A DNA stretch of 32,000 nt from Xylella taiwanensis (GTDB taxonomy: Bacteria > Pseudomonadota > Gammaproteobacteria > Xanthomonadales > Xanthomonadaceae). Below are positions 1 to 11,498 of this stretch, piece after piece (within the stretch, counting starts at the first letter, position 1; each line of letters starts with the position of its first letter). The notes beneath the pieces are model-generated. The model was not told where the DNA came from. It worked only from the letters and a program-made list of their open reading frames with translations, and did not search any database. Made by a program: the position numbers and the translations under genes. The DNA is taken from positions 1,770,001-1,802,000 of the forward strand of contig NZ_CP053627.1 of assembly GCF_013177435.1 (NCBI RefSeq), given 5' to 3'.

Positions 1-972
1 GAAGGTTTTTCCAGCCAAGACCATGCTCTCACCGCTAGATCCATAGTGGCGCAGGATGAGTTCAAACAGATGCCCCTTCTGTGCATGATTGACCTCTTCC
101 ACCGCGTCAAGCAGTTTCGGCTCCACACCGTATTGCCGTGCAGTACGGGCCAACGCCCTTACATCCTTGGGGAAACACGAACCACCATAGCCAACTCCGG
201 GATAGATAAAGTGCCAACCGATGCGTGGATCAGAACCGATGCCATTACGCACATATTCAATATCAGCCCCGACACGCTCAGCAATATTGGCCATCTCGTT
301 CATAAAACTGATCTTAGTCGCCAACATTGCATTGGCCGCATATTTGGTCAGTTCGGCCGACCGTACGTCCATCTCGACAATACGATCATGGTTACGGTTG
401 AAAGGCGCATACAGGCGACGTATTCGAGCCACTGCATCCGGATTTCTGGCGCCAATGACAATACGATCCGGACGCATACAGTCGGCAACCGCATCACCTT
501 CCTTCAGGAACTCCGGATTGGACATCACCTCAAACTCAAAGTCCACGCCACGTCTATCCATCTCATGCTGGATTGCAGCACGCACCTGATCGGCAGTACC
601 CACCGGCACCGTCGACTTATTGACCACAATCACCGGCCCGTCGATGCACTGGCCGATAGTACGTGCCACCGCTAACACGTACTGCAAGTCAGCAGCACCA
701 TCCTCATCCGGCGGTGTACCAACAGCGATAAAAATAATCTCACCATGGGCAATGGCAGCGGCTGCATCGGTAGTAAAGCGCAGTCGGCCAGTTGCATGGT
801 TGGCCTTGACCATCGGCTCCAAGCCAGGCTCATAAATAGGGATAACTCCACGATTGAGACCATCAACCTTCACTTGGTTGATATCAACACAAAACACCTC
901 ATTTCCGACTTCAGCAAGGCAAGTTCCTGTGACGAGACCAACATAACCAGTACCGAAAATCGCAACATGCAT
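1..972 (-). CDS. ugd: UDP-glucose 6-dehydrogenase, 5' part (C-terminus lies beyond the left window edge)
   Basis: Absent from the ORF track because it runs off the edge. My minus-strand translation from the ATG at 972-970 gives [26 protein letters not shown] (Rossmann GxGxxG) ... NPEFLKEG ... [13 protein letters not shown] (catalytic Cys motif of UDP-glucose/GDP-mannose dehydrogenases). AAGGAG lies 8 nt upstream of the ATG. The frame stays open to position 1. Confidence 0.9.
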   Translation of the reverse strand, partial: MHVAIFGTGYVGLVTGTCLAEVGNEVFCVDINQVKVDGLNRGVIPIYEPGLEPMVKANHATGRLRFTTDAAAAIAHGEIIFIAVGTPPDEDGAADLQYVLAVARTIGQCIDGPVIVVNKSTVPVGTADQVRAAIQHEMDRRGVDFEFEVMSNPEFLKEGDAVADCMRPDRIVIGARNPDAVARIRRLYAPFNRNHDRIVEMDVRSAELTKYAANAMLATKISFMNEMANIAERVGADIEYVRNGIGSDPRIGWHFIYPGVGYGGSCFPKDVRALARTARQYGVEPKLLDAVEEVNHAQKGHLFELILRHYGSSGESMVLAGKTF

Positions 973-995
973 AGAGATGACTCCTTAGGCGGGGA

Positions 996-1952
996 TTAAG
1001 GAAGGATACCTAGGAGCTCTACATCAAAGGTCAACGTTGTATCAGGACCAATCGGACCACCCGGAGTCCCTTGCTCGCCATAGGCCAGATGAGGAGCAAT
1101 CCAAAAACGGTACTTGGAACCGACAGCCATTAACGATACACCTTCGGACCAGCCTTTAATCACTTGGTCCAGGTTGAACTCAACCGGCTGACCACGCTGG
1201 TAAGAGCTATCAAACACCTGGCCGTTGAGTAGCTTGCCCTCATAGTTGACACGCACCTTGCTACTTGGGGTCGGGCGTGCGCCGCTACCTTGCCGCAATA
1301 CCATGTACTGGAGACCCGAAGTGGTGGTGACCACGCCCTTCTCGTTCTTGTTCTTAGATAGAAAAGCCTTGCCATCATCGCGATTTTTTCCGGCAATCAC
1401 GGCCTGTTTAGAAGCTGCGAACGATTGCATCGTTGTCGCCATTTCCTGTTCATTCATCAACGGTACACGCTTTGCGAAGCGAGTACGCAGTGCCTGCAGA
1501 AGGACGGGAAGATCAATATCGTCTTTGATCGCAAGCAGTGACGGACCGATCATATAGCCACCCAGCAATAGACCAACGTTCTCTTTAGATACAGCAGGCA
1601 CTGTACTACCCGGCGTCTGCTGTTGCCCGGAACGAACAGCCAACACAGCACGGAGCGCCGTATCGGTCGCCTGAGCCACTTCTTCCGAGATCAAAGGCGG
1701 CCCTCCTTTGAACGCATTCTCGATGGCACGCTGTAGTGCAGAAACATCAATATCTTGGGCAATCAGCTCGAACAAATGCGCTCTCGCGATGTCCAAACCG
1801 ATGGCATAACTCACTTTCTCCTTCTCGGTCTTCAACACCGTTTTTTCCTGATTGTTCACAACCGCGGCCAACTGTTGCGACATAGCGGGCAAGGAGGCCG
1901 ACATTACTGCGACCAGTAGTGACACGACAGCATTGCGCATTTCCATCTTCAT
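996..1952 (-). CDS. Secreted FKBP-type peptidyl-prolyl cis-trans isomerase (Mip/FkpA-like)
   Basis: 318-aa ORF. The N-terminus has a signal-peptide-like stretch (VVSLLVAVMSASLPAMSQQ). The C-terminus is an FKBP domain (VRVNYEGKLLNGQVFDSSY, GWSEGVSLM, AYGEQG, LTFDVELL). It ends 23 nt upstream of ugd on the same strand. Three in-frame ATGs (M1/M3/M5) leave the exact start uncertain. Confidence 0.85.
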   Translation of the reverse strand: MKMEMRNAVVSLLVAVMSASLPAMSQQLAAVVNNQEKTVLKTEKEKVSYAIGLDIARAHLFELIAQDIDVSALQRAIENAFKGGPPLISEEVAQATDTALRAVLAVRSGQQQTPGSTVPAVSKENVGLLLGGYMIGPSLLAIKDDIDLPVLLQALRTRFAKRVPLMNEQEMATTMQSFAASKQAVIAGKNRDDGKAFLSKNKNEKGVVTTTSGLQYMVLRQGSGARPTPSSKVRVNYEGKLLNGQVFDSSYQRGQPVEFNLDQVIKGWSEGVSLMAVGSKYRFWIAPHLAYGEQGTPGGPIGPDTTLTFDVELLGILP

Positions 1953-2450
1953 TCAGTGCTATTCCTGGAAGGATAAAATCATGAGGTAAGCCGCGACTGC
2001 AGCACTACTGCGTAGTGTCTCATGCACATAATGAATAAGCAGCTCAGGCATTCTCAATCTCAAGACCGATTGATACCGTCGTGACGGTAACAGAAATTCG
2101 GAGTTGGTCGAAACGGCCGAAATTACCAGACTTTATATAATTGTCGAGCAGTTTCAAATACCGCATTTTGGTTGCAACGGGGCATCACTGGTAGTCGCCC
2201 CTCATCGCCAGACCCAGACAATGGGTTGCCCGGATGATTCCTGATAGTTGATGGCCTGCATGGTCCCCAAGAGAATATGTCTTCCATCGCCCGGGATTTC
2301 TTACAGGCTTGGTTCTAATGACGGAGACTCCAATAGCAGCGATGGCCGCCGTGGCAATGGTTGATGGCCGAAACCCTCTGGTCTGAAAGTTTCGACCGCA
2401 TCGGAGCATCACCCCACACGGTTACTGGCGGCCTTGATGGCTCGTATCTC

Positions 2451-2765
2451 CTATGATGTGGGGGTCAAGCCCCAGACGCACTGTGCTTTACTGACAACAG
2501 TAGTCAGCACCGCGCTGCTCCGTTTTCCATGATTCTTCACTGATCCTCTTGACACCCACAACAGTTCCCAAACATCACTTCTGCCACGATAGGATTGGCA
2601 GGCTGTAAGTGCTTCTGTCACCGAAAGATCGTGTTGAAATCCCGCTGCGCTCAATTCAGGCTTGGCAATCTCAGCAGACGGTTTGGCCGCCCAACTGCTT
2701 TGTGTCGTGGCAGGCCAAGCAAACAATTCAGCGAAAGACAACACTGATGCCGCAAAGACTGCCAC
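2451..2765 (-). pseudogene. Degenerate ORF, paralogous to 21538..21939; possibly the C-terminal relic of a tyrosine recombinase (tentative)
   Basis: The 104-aa ORF has no RBS and aligns with the ORF at 21538..21939 (WAAKPSAEIAKPELSAAGFQHDLSVTEALTAC vs WVGRQSVEIAKRGLAGTRFQHDHVVTKALAAC). The F-x-HD...T..A pattern loosely recalls the HDLRHT box of integrases, but the Arg is missing. Confidence 0.3.
2602..2751. repeat. Copy 1 of a diverged ~150-bp dispersed repeat (partner at 21626..21776, same orientation)
   Basis: Hand alignment finds four shared exact blocks in the same order: gatcgtgttgaaatc (15 nt), gcttggcaatctc (13), tgtcgtggcaggc (13) and aaagacaacactg (13). Overall identity is roughly 70-75% by eye, with at least one compensated indel. 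Confidence 0.8.
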
Positions 2766-2798
2766 AGGGATACAAACCGTTACTGCACGTGTGCCTAC

Positions 2799-3371
2799 TC
2801 AGTGGGCTACCGGCACCGGCTTAGCCAACTCACGCTTAATCGCTTCCAGAAGTATTGGATCATCAGGTCGCGTGCGGCTATCAAACTGAGCCACAACCTG
2901 GCCGTCACGCGCGATGAGGTACTTATGGAAGTTCCAGCCCGGCGCCACACCAGTCATCTCCGTCAGGCGCTGGTACAGTGGCGTGACCTCATCGCCTGTT
3001 ACGTGAACCTTCTGAAACATTGGAAACTTAACTCCATAAGTCAGCGTGCAGAATTTCTGAATTTGCTGTTCATCACCGGGCTCCTGCCCCTTGAAGTCGT
3101 TGGATGGAAAACCAAGTACAGCAAAGCCAAGTGGCGAAAATCTCTGGTGCAATGCCTCTAATCCTTCGTACTGGGGGGTAAAACCGCATTTGCTGGCAGT
3201 ATTGACGACCAACAACACCTTGCCACTATAACGACGCTGCAGATTGATAGAGTCTCTACCAGCCAGTGGACGGTAATCCAAATCCAGCAGACTCTTCCCG
3301 TCCGCCAATACAACACTCGAAATCAAAGCCAAAGCCAACACAAGAAACCTCAACTTCTTGAGCACGTTCAT
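2799..3371 (-). CDS. Glutathione peroxidase family protein with N-terminal signal sequence
   Basis: 190 aa. Motifs are VNTASKCGFTPQY (active-site Cys), GFPSNDFKGQEPG and GWNFHKYLI. AAGGAG lies 5 nt upstream of the ATG at 3371-3369. Confidence 0.9.
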   Translation of the reverse strand: MNVLKKLRFLVLALALISSVVLADGKSLLDLDYRPLAGRDSINLQRRYSGKVLLVVNTASKCGFTPQYEGLEALHQRFSPLGFAVLGFPSNDFKGQEPGDEQQIQKFCTLTYGVKFPMFQKVHVTGDEVTPLYQRLTEMTGVAPGWNFHKYLIARDGQVVAQFDSRTRPDDPILLEAIKRELAKPVPVAH

Positions 3372-3948
3372 CTATTCTCCTTCAGAGCAGGCAACATAAA
3401 TTACGAAATTGCATCGCCACTGGTTGGACATAACAGGCACTTGCGCGCAGGTAATGCGACCATTTCCTACTTTCATCACAAATCACATAGAACCTAGTGT
3501 ATAAAGGGCGAACTGCAAGTCACTCATCCGACCGTTCACACTGTTATTTCTCCTGCATCGCCTGACCTTCGCAGTCATCAGCTTTAAAATTTCCTCCTGT
3601 CAAATCATGGGCATGAACCATCGATTATGAGGCTTCAGGAATGGCACAAGGAAAGTCAAGCGCCCATACCAAGCGCCGAGATCAGCGGAACACCGAAGCA
3701 CGTCACTGTCAATGCTCTATTTCATTCATTACACAGCTTCTGCTTTCACAGCGTTGATCCATAGCCAATATCACATGGGGCGAGGGTGCTCAAATCCACA
3801 GGCAATTGAAAGAACCTGTGATCACCATACTGTCAGAGACACTGACCAAACCGGACGATACTCTGCCCGCGATACCCCAAGTAGCGGACGAATCCCCGCT
3901 CAACCCCATCACAGTCTTGCGCACCTGCCAAGAATATCTGACGGCAAC

Positions 3949-4125
3949 ATGATCGGGAAACGCCCCAGGTTTGACCTGTTGATGACTAAGAAAGCAACAC
4001 TCAAGCTAAGCAGTAGTAATCGCGAATACTTCCTCAAAAAGGGATGGCTTGCCGTACTAGAACACCTCCAGTGCCTGGAGCTGCACCTGGAATACCTGCT
4101 ACCCGAAAGGAACCGAATCTCATGA
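3949..4125 (+). CDS. Hypothetical small ORF (58 aa) whose stop overlaps the ABC ATPase start (ATGA)
   Basis: This is the in-frame ATG within track ORF 3712..4125. The stop TGA (4123-4125) overlaps the ATG at 4122-4124 of the next gene. I recognise no family and see no clear RBS. Confidence 0.2.
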   Translation: MIGKRPRFDLLMTKKATLKLSSSNREYFLKKGWLAVLEHLQCLELHLEYLLPERNRIS

Positions 4126-4997
4126 ACGCCACAGCAGACGATACTGTGATCGTCGCCAAGGGCTTGCTTAAGACCTATAAAAATACCGTAGCTCTTGCCG
4201 GTCTCTCGTTTCGCATTGGGCCTGGTCGCATCGTTGGCTTGATTGGCCCCAATGGCGCCGGTAAAACCACTGCACTGAAAGCAATCCTGGGCCTGACCAG
4301 CTACCAAGGTCAGTTACAAGTGCTAGGCATGGACCCATACCGGCAACGCAACACACTGATGAACGAAGTCTGCTTCATCGCCGATGTGGCGGTGCTGCCA
4401 CGCTGGCTACGGGTCAATGAAGCAATCGACTTCGTGTCCGGGGTACATCCACGCTTTGACCGTACTAAGTGTGAGCGTCTCCTGGAACGCACCCAACTGC
4501 CCCGCCGAGCACGGGTGCGTGAGCTGTCCAAAGGCATGATTGTGCAATTGCATCTGGCGCTGGTGATGGCCATCGACGCACGCCTGCTGGTGCTGGACGA
4601 ACCGACCTTGGGCCTGGACATCCTTTACCGTAAACAGTTCTACCGGCATTTGCAGGAATACTACTTCGACGAACGAAGAACCATCCTGATCACCACCCAC
4701 CAAATCGAAGAGATCGAGCACATCCTCACCGATGTGATGTTCATCCGCGACGGCCAAATCGTACTCAATGCGGACGTAAAAAACGTAGCCAAGCGCTACA
4801 CCGAAGTTTTAGTGGATAGCGACAAGCTCGACAACGCACGCGCACTGGGTCCCATCGACGAACATCACCGGTCATTGGAGAAGACAGTGATGCTGTTTGA
4901 CGGCATCCCCAAAGATCAGCTCGTAGGTCTCGGTACGGCTAGTACCCCCAGCTTGGCTGACTTGTTTGTGGCCGTCATGAATGGAACCTACACATGA
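4122..4997 (+). CDS. ABC transporter ATP-binding protein
   Basis: Walker A GPNGAGKTT, signature-like LSKGM, Walker B LLVLDEPTLGLD, H-loop TTHQIEE. I chose the start at internal Met27 of the track ORF (MNATADDTVIV...) because the domain begins there and AAAGGA lies about 12 nt upstream. Confidence 0.9.
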   Translation: MNATADDTVIVAKGLLKTYKNTVALAGLSFRIGPGRIVGLIGPNGAGKTTALKAILGLTSYQGQLQVLGMDPYRQRNTLMNEVCFIADVAVLPRWLRVNEAIDFVSGVHPRFDRTKCERLLERTQLPRRARVRELSKGMIVQLHLALVMAIDARLLVLDEPTLGLDILYRKQFYRHLQEYYFDERRTILITTHQIEEIEHILTDVMFIRDGQIVLNADVKNVAKRYTEVLVDSDKLDNARALGPIDEHHRSLEKTVMLFDGIPKDQLVGLGTASTPSLADLFVAVMNGTYT

Positions 4998-5962
4998 ACG
5001 CTCTTATCCTGACTCAATTAAAAACCTTCGTATGGCTGCTCAAGCGGGAATATTGGGAACATCGCGGCGGCTTCTTCTGGGCGCCAGTCATCACTGGAGC
5101 GATTGCCGTATTTTTCGCCATACTCGGTACAGTGATCGGTGTGGTTAATACCCGCGGCCTCACAAACATCAGTCATCCGGAGAGTTACCAGCAGTTCCTC
5201 GGCATCACGGGCGACATCCTAATACTGAGCAGCATCGGTTTAACCAGTTTGGTACTCACCTTCTCCATGCTTTTCTATGCACTGGGCAGCCTGCACAGCG
5301 ACCGCCATGACCGCACCATACTGTTCTGGAAGTCGCTGCCGATCTCCGACACCCAAACAGTGCTGTCTAAAGCCGCATGGGCTCTGCTGCCAGGGCCACT
5401 GATCTCCGTGGCCATTGGACTGGTGATCGGGCTGGCGCTACTCCTGGTGGCGACCGGCGGCCTGCTGGCCGTAGGGGAAACGTATCCATGGGCGATGATC
5501 ACTCACTCGCATCCATTTCAGATTTTGTCGTCGCTGCTGAACATCATCCCGATACAGCTGCTGTGGTCGCTGCCGACAATAGGTTGGCTGATGTTCTGCT
5601 CAGCATGGGCCAGAACAAAACCGTTCTTGTGGGCATTCCTGCTACCGATACTGAGCTGCATAATGATCACCATCCTGGAAGCAATGCCGGGTGTCCGCCT
5701 GCCTTTGTTTAATATTTGGTACATGCTCGTCTACCGTGGGCTACTCAGCATCGTTCCCCTCAGCTGGTGGCCACAGAAAGTGAGTGAATACAACGCTTAT
5801 CCCAAGCAGGACCCAGATAACTTCGTTAACTTGCTACTGCAACTGCAACCAGGCCACAACGTTCACATTTACAACAGCTCCGACCTATGGATCGGCGCAT
5901 CCGTAGGTATAGCCCTCATCATCGCCGCTATCTATCTACGCCACCGCAACAACGAGCTCTGA
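4994..5962 (+). CDS. ABC-2-type transporter permease (polytopic membrane protein)
   Basis: 322 aa with several long hydrophobic segments. Its ATG overlaps the ATPase stop (ATGA at 4994-4997), which indicates translational coupling. Confidence 0.8.
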   Translation: MNALILTQLKTFVWLLKREYWEHRGGFFWAPVITGAIAVFFAILGTVIGVVNTRGLTNISHPESYQQFLGITGDILILSSIGLTSLVLTFSMLFYALGSLHSDRHDRTILFWKSLPISDTQTVLSKAAWALLPGPLISVAIGLVIGLALLLVATGGLLAVGETYPWAMITHSHPFQILSSLLNIIPIQLLWSLPTIGWLMFCSAWARTKPFLWAFLLPILSCIMITILEAMPGVRLPLFNIWYMLVYRGLLSIVPLSWWPQKVSEYNAYPKQDPDNFVNLLLQLQPGHNVHIYNSSDLWIGASVGIALIIAAIYLRHRNNEL

Positions 5963-6661
5963 ACTTCTGTCTTAGTTGCATTCGGATCGCATAAGCGGCC
6001 TCACCCCGAGCGGCGGCTGTACCTCGGCCACATGTAAGAGGATCGACCTGGAAAAAGACAAGGCAGCGCTCGGCATGATCGGATGTCTATTCTCTTCTCA
6101 ATCCTTGATGCATTAATGCCGTTGCTTATAACTGTAAAACCCCATCGAGTCACCCAAACAGGCACAGCACATCATTCCGGCGTTCGAGCATGTAACGGTG
6201 GATGGCTTGCAGGGCAGACTGCAACGCGATCAGCATGCAACCACCGGCTGACCTTGGCTGTTTCAGGATAGACAACATCACCGACCACGGTCCGGTGTAA
6301 CTATCGACCATCAGGAACAGAGGCTGTTAAGCACTACTTTAAAAGTTGATGCGATGGCTGCAATACAACCTGACAATAAACATACGGCGGGCACTTGGTG
6401 AAGTTAATCCCGATACGCAGCGCGCCGCTCGCATGATCCTGCCAGACACTACACCAGCAAGCACCTTGCAGAGAACTGCTAAGTCAATACGTGCAAATGA
6501 CCGACGCAGGAGTGATCAAGTAGAAAAGTTTATATCCCTGAAAACCTCAGGCGACATGGTGCAAGCGGTTTTGGAGGGGAAAGGAATGCCATCATTCCCT
6601 TAAGCGTTTCCACCCATACCGGTATCGCATTTGAGACTGTCTCCAGAGGAGAACATTCTGT

Positions 6662-7066
6662 TTGGAGATGCTCTTACAACATGACCTCGCCGTAAGCTTC
6701 ATGCCGTTGTTTAAGTACATTCCCCATCCACAAGATATTCTTCCTACCCAGCAGTGCATTCACGCCACAGATCCCAGTCTCAATCCAAATCAGGTAGAAC
6801 CCAGCGCTGCCTGTACATCGTCCTGCACCGGACCATATGCAGAGACCAACACCGACTTACAGCGCACCATCCAGCATGTGCTCTGTTCTGTCTATCGGCT
6901 CGCTCATCCTCCCCTTGCGGAAAGAGTAAAAACAATCGAACAGATACTCAGCAGCAAATCAGACGTATGTGACACTGAGCCAAGCCAGTATCAAATACTA
7001 AAGCCGCCAAAACCACTCACACGACGGTCTACAATGGCGTGCGCTTATCTGCCAAGGTACACATGA
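6662..7066 (+). CDS. Hypothetical ORF (134 aa, TTG/ATG start) ending in an ATGA overlap with the lipoprotein gene
   Basis: The only support is the open frame and the stop (7064-7066) overlapping the ATG at 7063. I recognise no domain, and the Q/P/T-rich composition is unconvincing. Confidence 0.2.
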   Translation: MEMLLQHDLAVSFMPLFKYIPHPQDILPTQQCIHATDPSLNPNQVEPSAACTSSCTGPYAETNTDLQRTIQHVLCSVYRLAHPPLAERVKTIEQILSSKSDVCDTEPSQYQILKPPKPLTRRSTMACAYLPRYT

Positions 7067-7491
7067 ACAAGATAATGCTCCTGATACTGGCAATGCTTGC
7101 ACTATCCGCCTGCGGCCAGCCAGCCACCTCACGCGCGGAACGCTCCAAACCACGCGTGGAAGTCACCAGCCAGGCCGTCATGCTACGCCGCGCACCCGCC
7201 GCCAACGCGCTCATCCTGCCAGACGGCACCCTGAAGATCGATGATATTGACTTACCACAATCACCCGCCACACGGCTCAAATTGCAGAAGCTGTTTGGAC
7301 ACCTGCAAATGCTGCGTCAGCAAGCGATGGAAATAACGCCACCAAACAATAGGCCAGAAACCATGCGGAACGCACTGACACTAAGTACCACACCAGAAAT
7401 CGACGCACTGAAGACCGAGCTGCTACACGATATTCCATCGCTGCAACCCTACCAGGAAAGTTTCAGTACCCTGAAGGCATCGCAACGCTGA
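7063..7491 (+). CDS. Putative lipoprotein of unknown function
   Basis: The internal ATG gives MNKIMLLILAMLALSAC with a lipobox (L-S-A-C), followed by a hydrophilic 125-aa body. Confidence 0.65.
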   Translation: MNKIMLLILAMLALSACGQPATSRAERSKPRVEVTSQAVMLRRAPAANALILPDGTLKIDDIDLPQSPATRLKLQKLFGHLQMLRQQAMEITPPNNRPETMRNALTLSTTPEIDALKTELLHDIPSLQPYQESFSTLKASQR

Positions 7492-7696
7492 GCATCATCA
7501 CAACAATCGTAAGAGGTAGCCCTTCATCGTTGCACGTCGAACCATGCTCCATCACATCTGCTGGACACACCGCCATTCACCACACATGAGATTGGATGCG
7601 TCCAGGTTAAAAGCACAGTGGCAGCAATCACCCAGCAGCCACAGCGAGACATCCTCGCAATGACACAGCCCCTGATCCATCGGAATCACCTGTCTA

Positions 7697-9109
7697 TCAG
7701 CCGCCTCCACCGATGACATGAACCCCACCCTGAGTCAAAGCGGCCGGATCAAGTAAGCGCGCCAACTCCGCTGGATTCAGACCGCTCTCCTCGCATGCCA
7801 CATCCAGCACCGGTCGATTTTCCTTGTAAGCACGCTTGGCGATCACCGCCGCCTTCTCATAGCCAATGATTGGATTCAGCGCCGTCACCAAAATCGGATT
7901 GCGCTCCAGCACCTCCTGCACTCGATCCTGACGCACCTTCAGACCAGCGATGGCTCTATCAGCCAACAGCATCACCACGTTGCCAAGCAACGTCGCCGAC
8001 TCCAAAAGGTTGTAAGCGATCAGCGGCAAAGTCACATTCAACTGAAAGTTGCCACTCTGCCCAGCCACGGTCACGGCGGTATGATGGCCAATCACTTGCG
8101 AGGCCACCATCACCACGGCCTCTGGAATCACCGGATTCACCTTACCTGGCATGATCGAACTTCCCGGTTGCAATGCCGGCAGTTCGATCTCTCCCAGACC
8201 GGCAAGCGGCCCAGCGTTCATCCAGCGCAGATCGTTAGCAATCTTTATTAATGCCACGGCTAACGCGTTGAACTGACCAGATAATTCAACCGAATCGTCC
8301 TGCGTTGCCAATCCCTCAAACTTATTGGTTGCGCGCTCAAAGCGAATGTCCGTCAACGCTGACAGCACCTTCACCGCCTTGCCACCAAAGTGTGGATCGG
8401 TATTGATGCCGGTACCGATTGCGGTCCCTCCCAATGGCAGCCGACGCAACCGTTTCAGCGTGTCACCCAAACGCGCCTCCGCCGAAACAATCTGTGCCGA
8501 CCACGCACTGAACTCCTGAGCGAACGTCAGCGGCATCGCATCCATCAGGTGGGTACGCCCGGTCTTCACCACGTTCTCCAAACCACGCGCACGCTTGTTA
8601 ATCGTTTTGCGTAAATGCTTGAGCGCCGGCAATAACCGTTCCCGCACCGCTATCGTCGCCGAAATCCGAATCGCTGTTGGAACCACATCGTTGGAACTTT
8701 GGCCAAGGTTGACATGATCGTTAGGGTGTATGCGCTCCTTGATGGCACGTGTGGCCAGCATGGCAATCACCTCATTAGCATTCATGTTCGACGAGGTTCC
8801 CGAGCCAGTCTGGTAAACATCGACTGGAAAATGCGCGTCATAACGGCCCTCGGCCACATCCAATGCAGCCAGCTCGATCGCATGCGCCACTGACTTAGGT
8901 AACAACCCCAGCTCAGCGTTGACCTTTGCCGCAGCCGCCTTGATCAAACCCAGCGCGCGAATAAAACCGCGGGGCATTGGCCGCCCGGAAATCGGAAAAT
9001 TCTCGATCGCACGCTGCGTCTGCGCACCCCACAACGCATCCGTAGGCACCTGTAGATCACCCATACTGTCGTGTTCGATTCTGTAACGCTTGCTTTTGCT
9101 CATCTGCAT
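7697..9109 (-). CDS. fumC: Fumarate hydratase, class II
   Basis: 470 aa. Collinear with E. coli FumC (DSMG..VP.D.LWGAQTQR) and carries the fumarate-lyase signature GSSIMPGKVNP. Confidence 0.95.
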   Translation of the reverse strand: MQMSKSKRYRIEHDSMGDLQVPTDALWGAQTQRAIENFPISGRPMPRGFIRALGLIKAAAAKVNAELGLLPKSVAHAIELAALDVAEGRYDAHFPVDVYQTGSGTSSNMNANEVIAMLATRAIKERIHPNDHVNLGQSSNDVVPTAIRISATIAVRERLLPALKHLRKTINKRARGLENVVKTGRTHLMDAMPLTFAQEFSAWSAQIVSAEARLGDTLKRLRRLPLGGTAIGTGINTDPHFGGKAVKVLSALTDIRFERATNKFEGLATQDDSVELSGQFNALAVALIKIANDLRWMNAGPLAGLGEIELPALQPGSSIMPGKVNPVIPEAVVMVASQVIGHHTAVTVAGQSGNFQLNVTLPLIAYNLLESATLLGNVVMLLADRAIAGLKVRQDRVQEVLERNPILVTALNPIIGYEKAAVIAKRAYKENRPVLDVACEESGLNPAELARLLDPAALTQGGVHVIGGGG

Positions 9110-9502
9110 CTCCAGGGATCAGTGTTCCGCCTGATACGGAACCGAAAAGCGGCAAAAAACTGCACTCCAGAATTAACGGCACACCCGCAAGATACTCCCT
9201 TCATACCTTTAGACAACGTCTCTACTCCCATAGGCAGCCAACCCGGCATCCTCACGTCCTTCAGCGCCCCATCAAGCGCTATCGGCAAAACCGCGCACAG
9301 CAACCAACATGTGCACCACACGCCGCTTCGTCCCGGAGTCCGGGTGCTCTCCCTGGACTGGTGCATTCAAGGATTCTTGATAGCGCGGAGCATCCATCCC
9401 GTGAACCTCACCGTGCTGGAGCACTTTCACAACACCCTGATTGGCATGGTGTGTAGCCACTGCCACAGCGGCCCCTAAGCAGCATCACAGAACTAGAAAT
9501 AG

Positions 9503-10945
<1,443 letters not shown>

Positions 10946-11498
10946 GTCATCTCCAGGAACGTGAACCCTGCTTCCGCCCCATTGATGCGTCCTTCGCCGA
11001 CACATTGCAAAGTCAGCTTGGTCTGTACCAGAGAAAATCTGGTATGCAACATCATCTGGAACCACGTCGTCACATAGAGTCAATCCTTCTCAACCACAAT
11101 CGAGGATGTTCTGGAGACGTCACCTGAAAGACAGTGAGCCCCATATTGATCAATGAAGTGAAACGGATTTTTTCAGAGTATTCTCGCCGCACATCACATA
11201 TGTGCCCCATCCATCAATGATTAGAAAGCTGCAATGCGCCGAACACACCGCACAACATGCACAACACACTCTGATTTTTAAGCAGGTTGCCCAAAAAATT
11301 GGCGGACACACCCCAAGCACCTGGTCGACTGCACCGCTCCAAGTCACAGTCACAGCCACAACAGATCATCGACCGCAACGATGAGTGCACTCTTCCTACG
11401 ATGGAGATGCTCAACAGCAGAACGAGCATCTCTGTACAACAACATAGACATCTTCACGGGGCACATCATTCCGCCGTCCCATTTCAAATCCAACACAG

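Noticed and set aside
46-835. Plus-strand ORFs 46..675, 221..589 and 620..835
   Set aside because: They are antisense shadows of the ugd gene, which the track missed because it runs off the left edge. The minus-strand translation carries clear UDP-glucose dehydrogenase motifs.
4044-4121. Longer 5' starts offered by the track (ABC ATPase at 4044, purB at 9533, lpdA at 18827, peptide B at 26597)
   Set aside because: In each case the conserved protein begins at an internal ATG with a better RBS or a homology-supported N-terminus. The extensions are Pro/Arg-rich or overlap upstream features.
4122-5962. ABC ATPase/permease pair as the dedicated exporter of the double-glycine peptides
   Set aside because: The ATPase is a stand-alone NBD with a separate ABC-2 permease. 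It has no N-terminal C39 peptidase domain, and I recognise no MFP/CvaA partner. It also lies 20 kb away on the other strand, among unrelated genes.
9071-9478. 135-aa plus-strand ORF in the fumC-purB divergent spacer
   Set aside because: It overlaps the fumC 5' end and has no RBS or recognisable domain. This region is more plausibly the shared promoter region of the two divergent genes.
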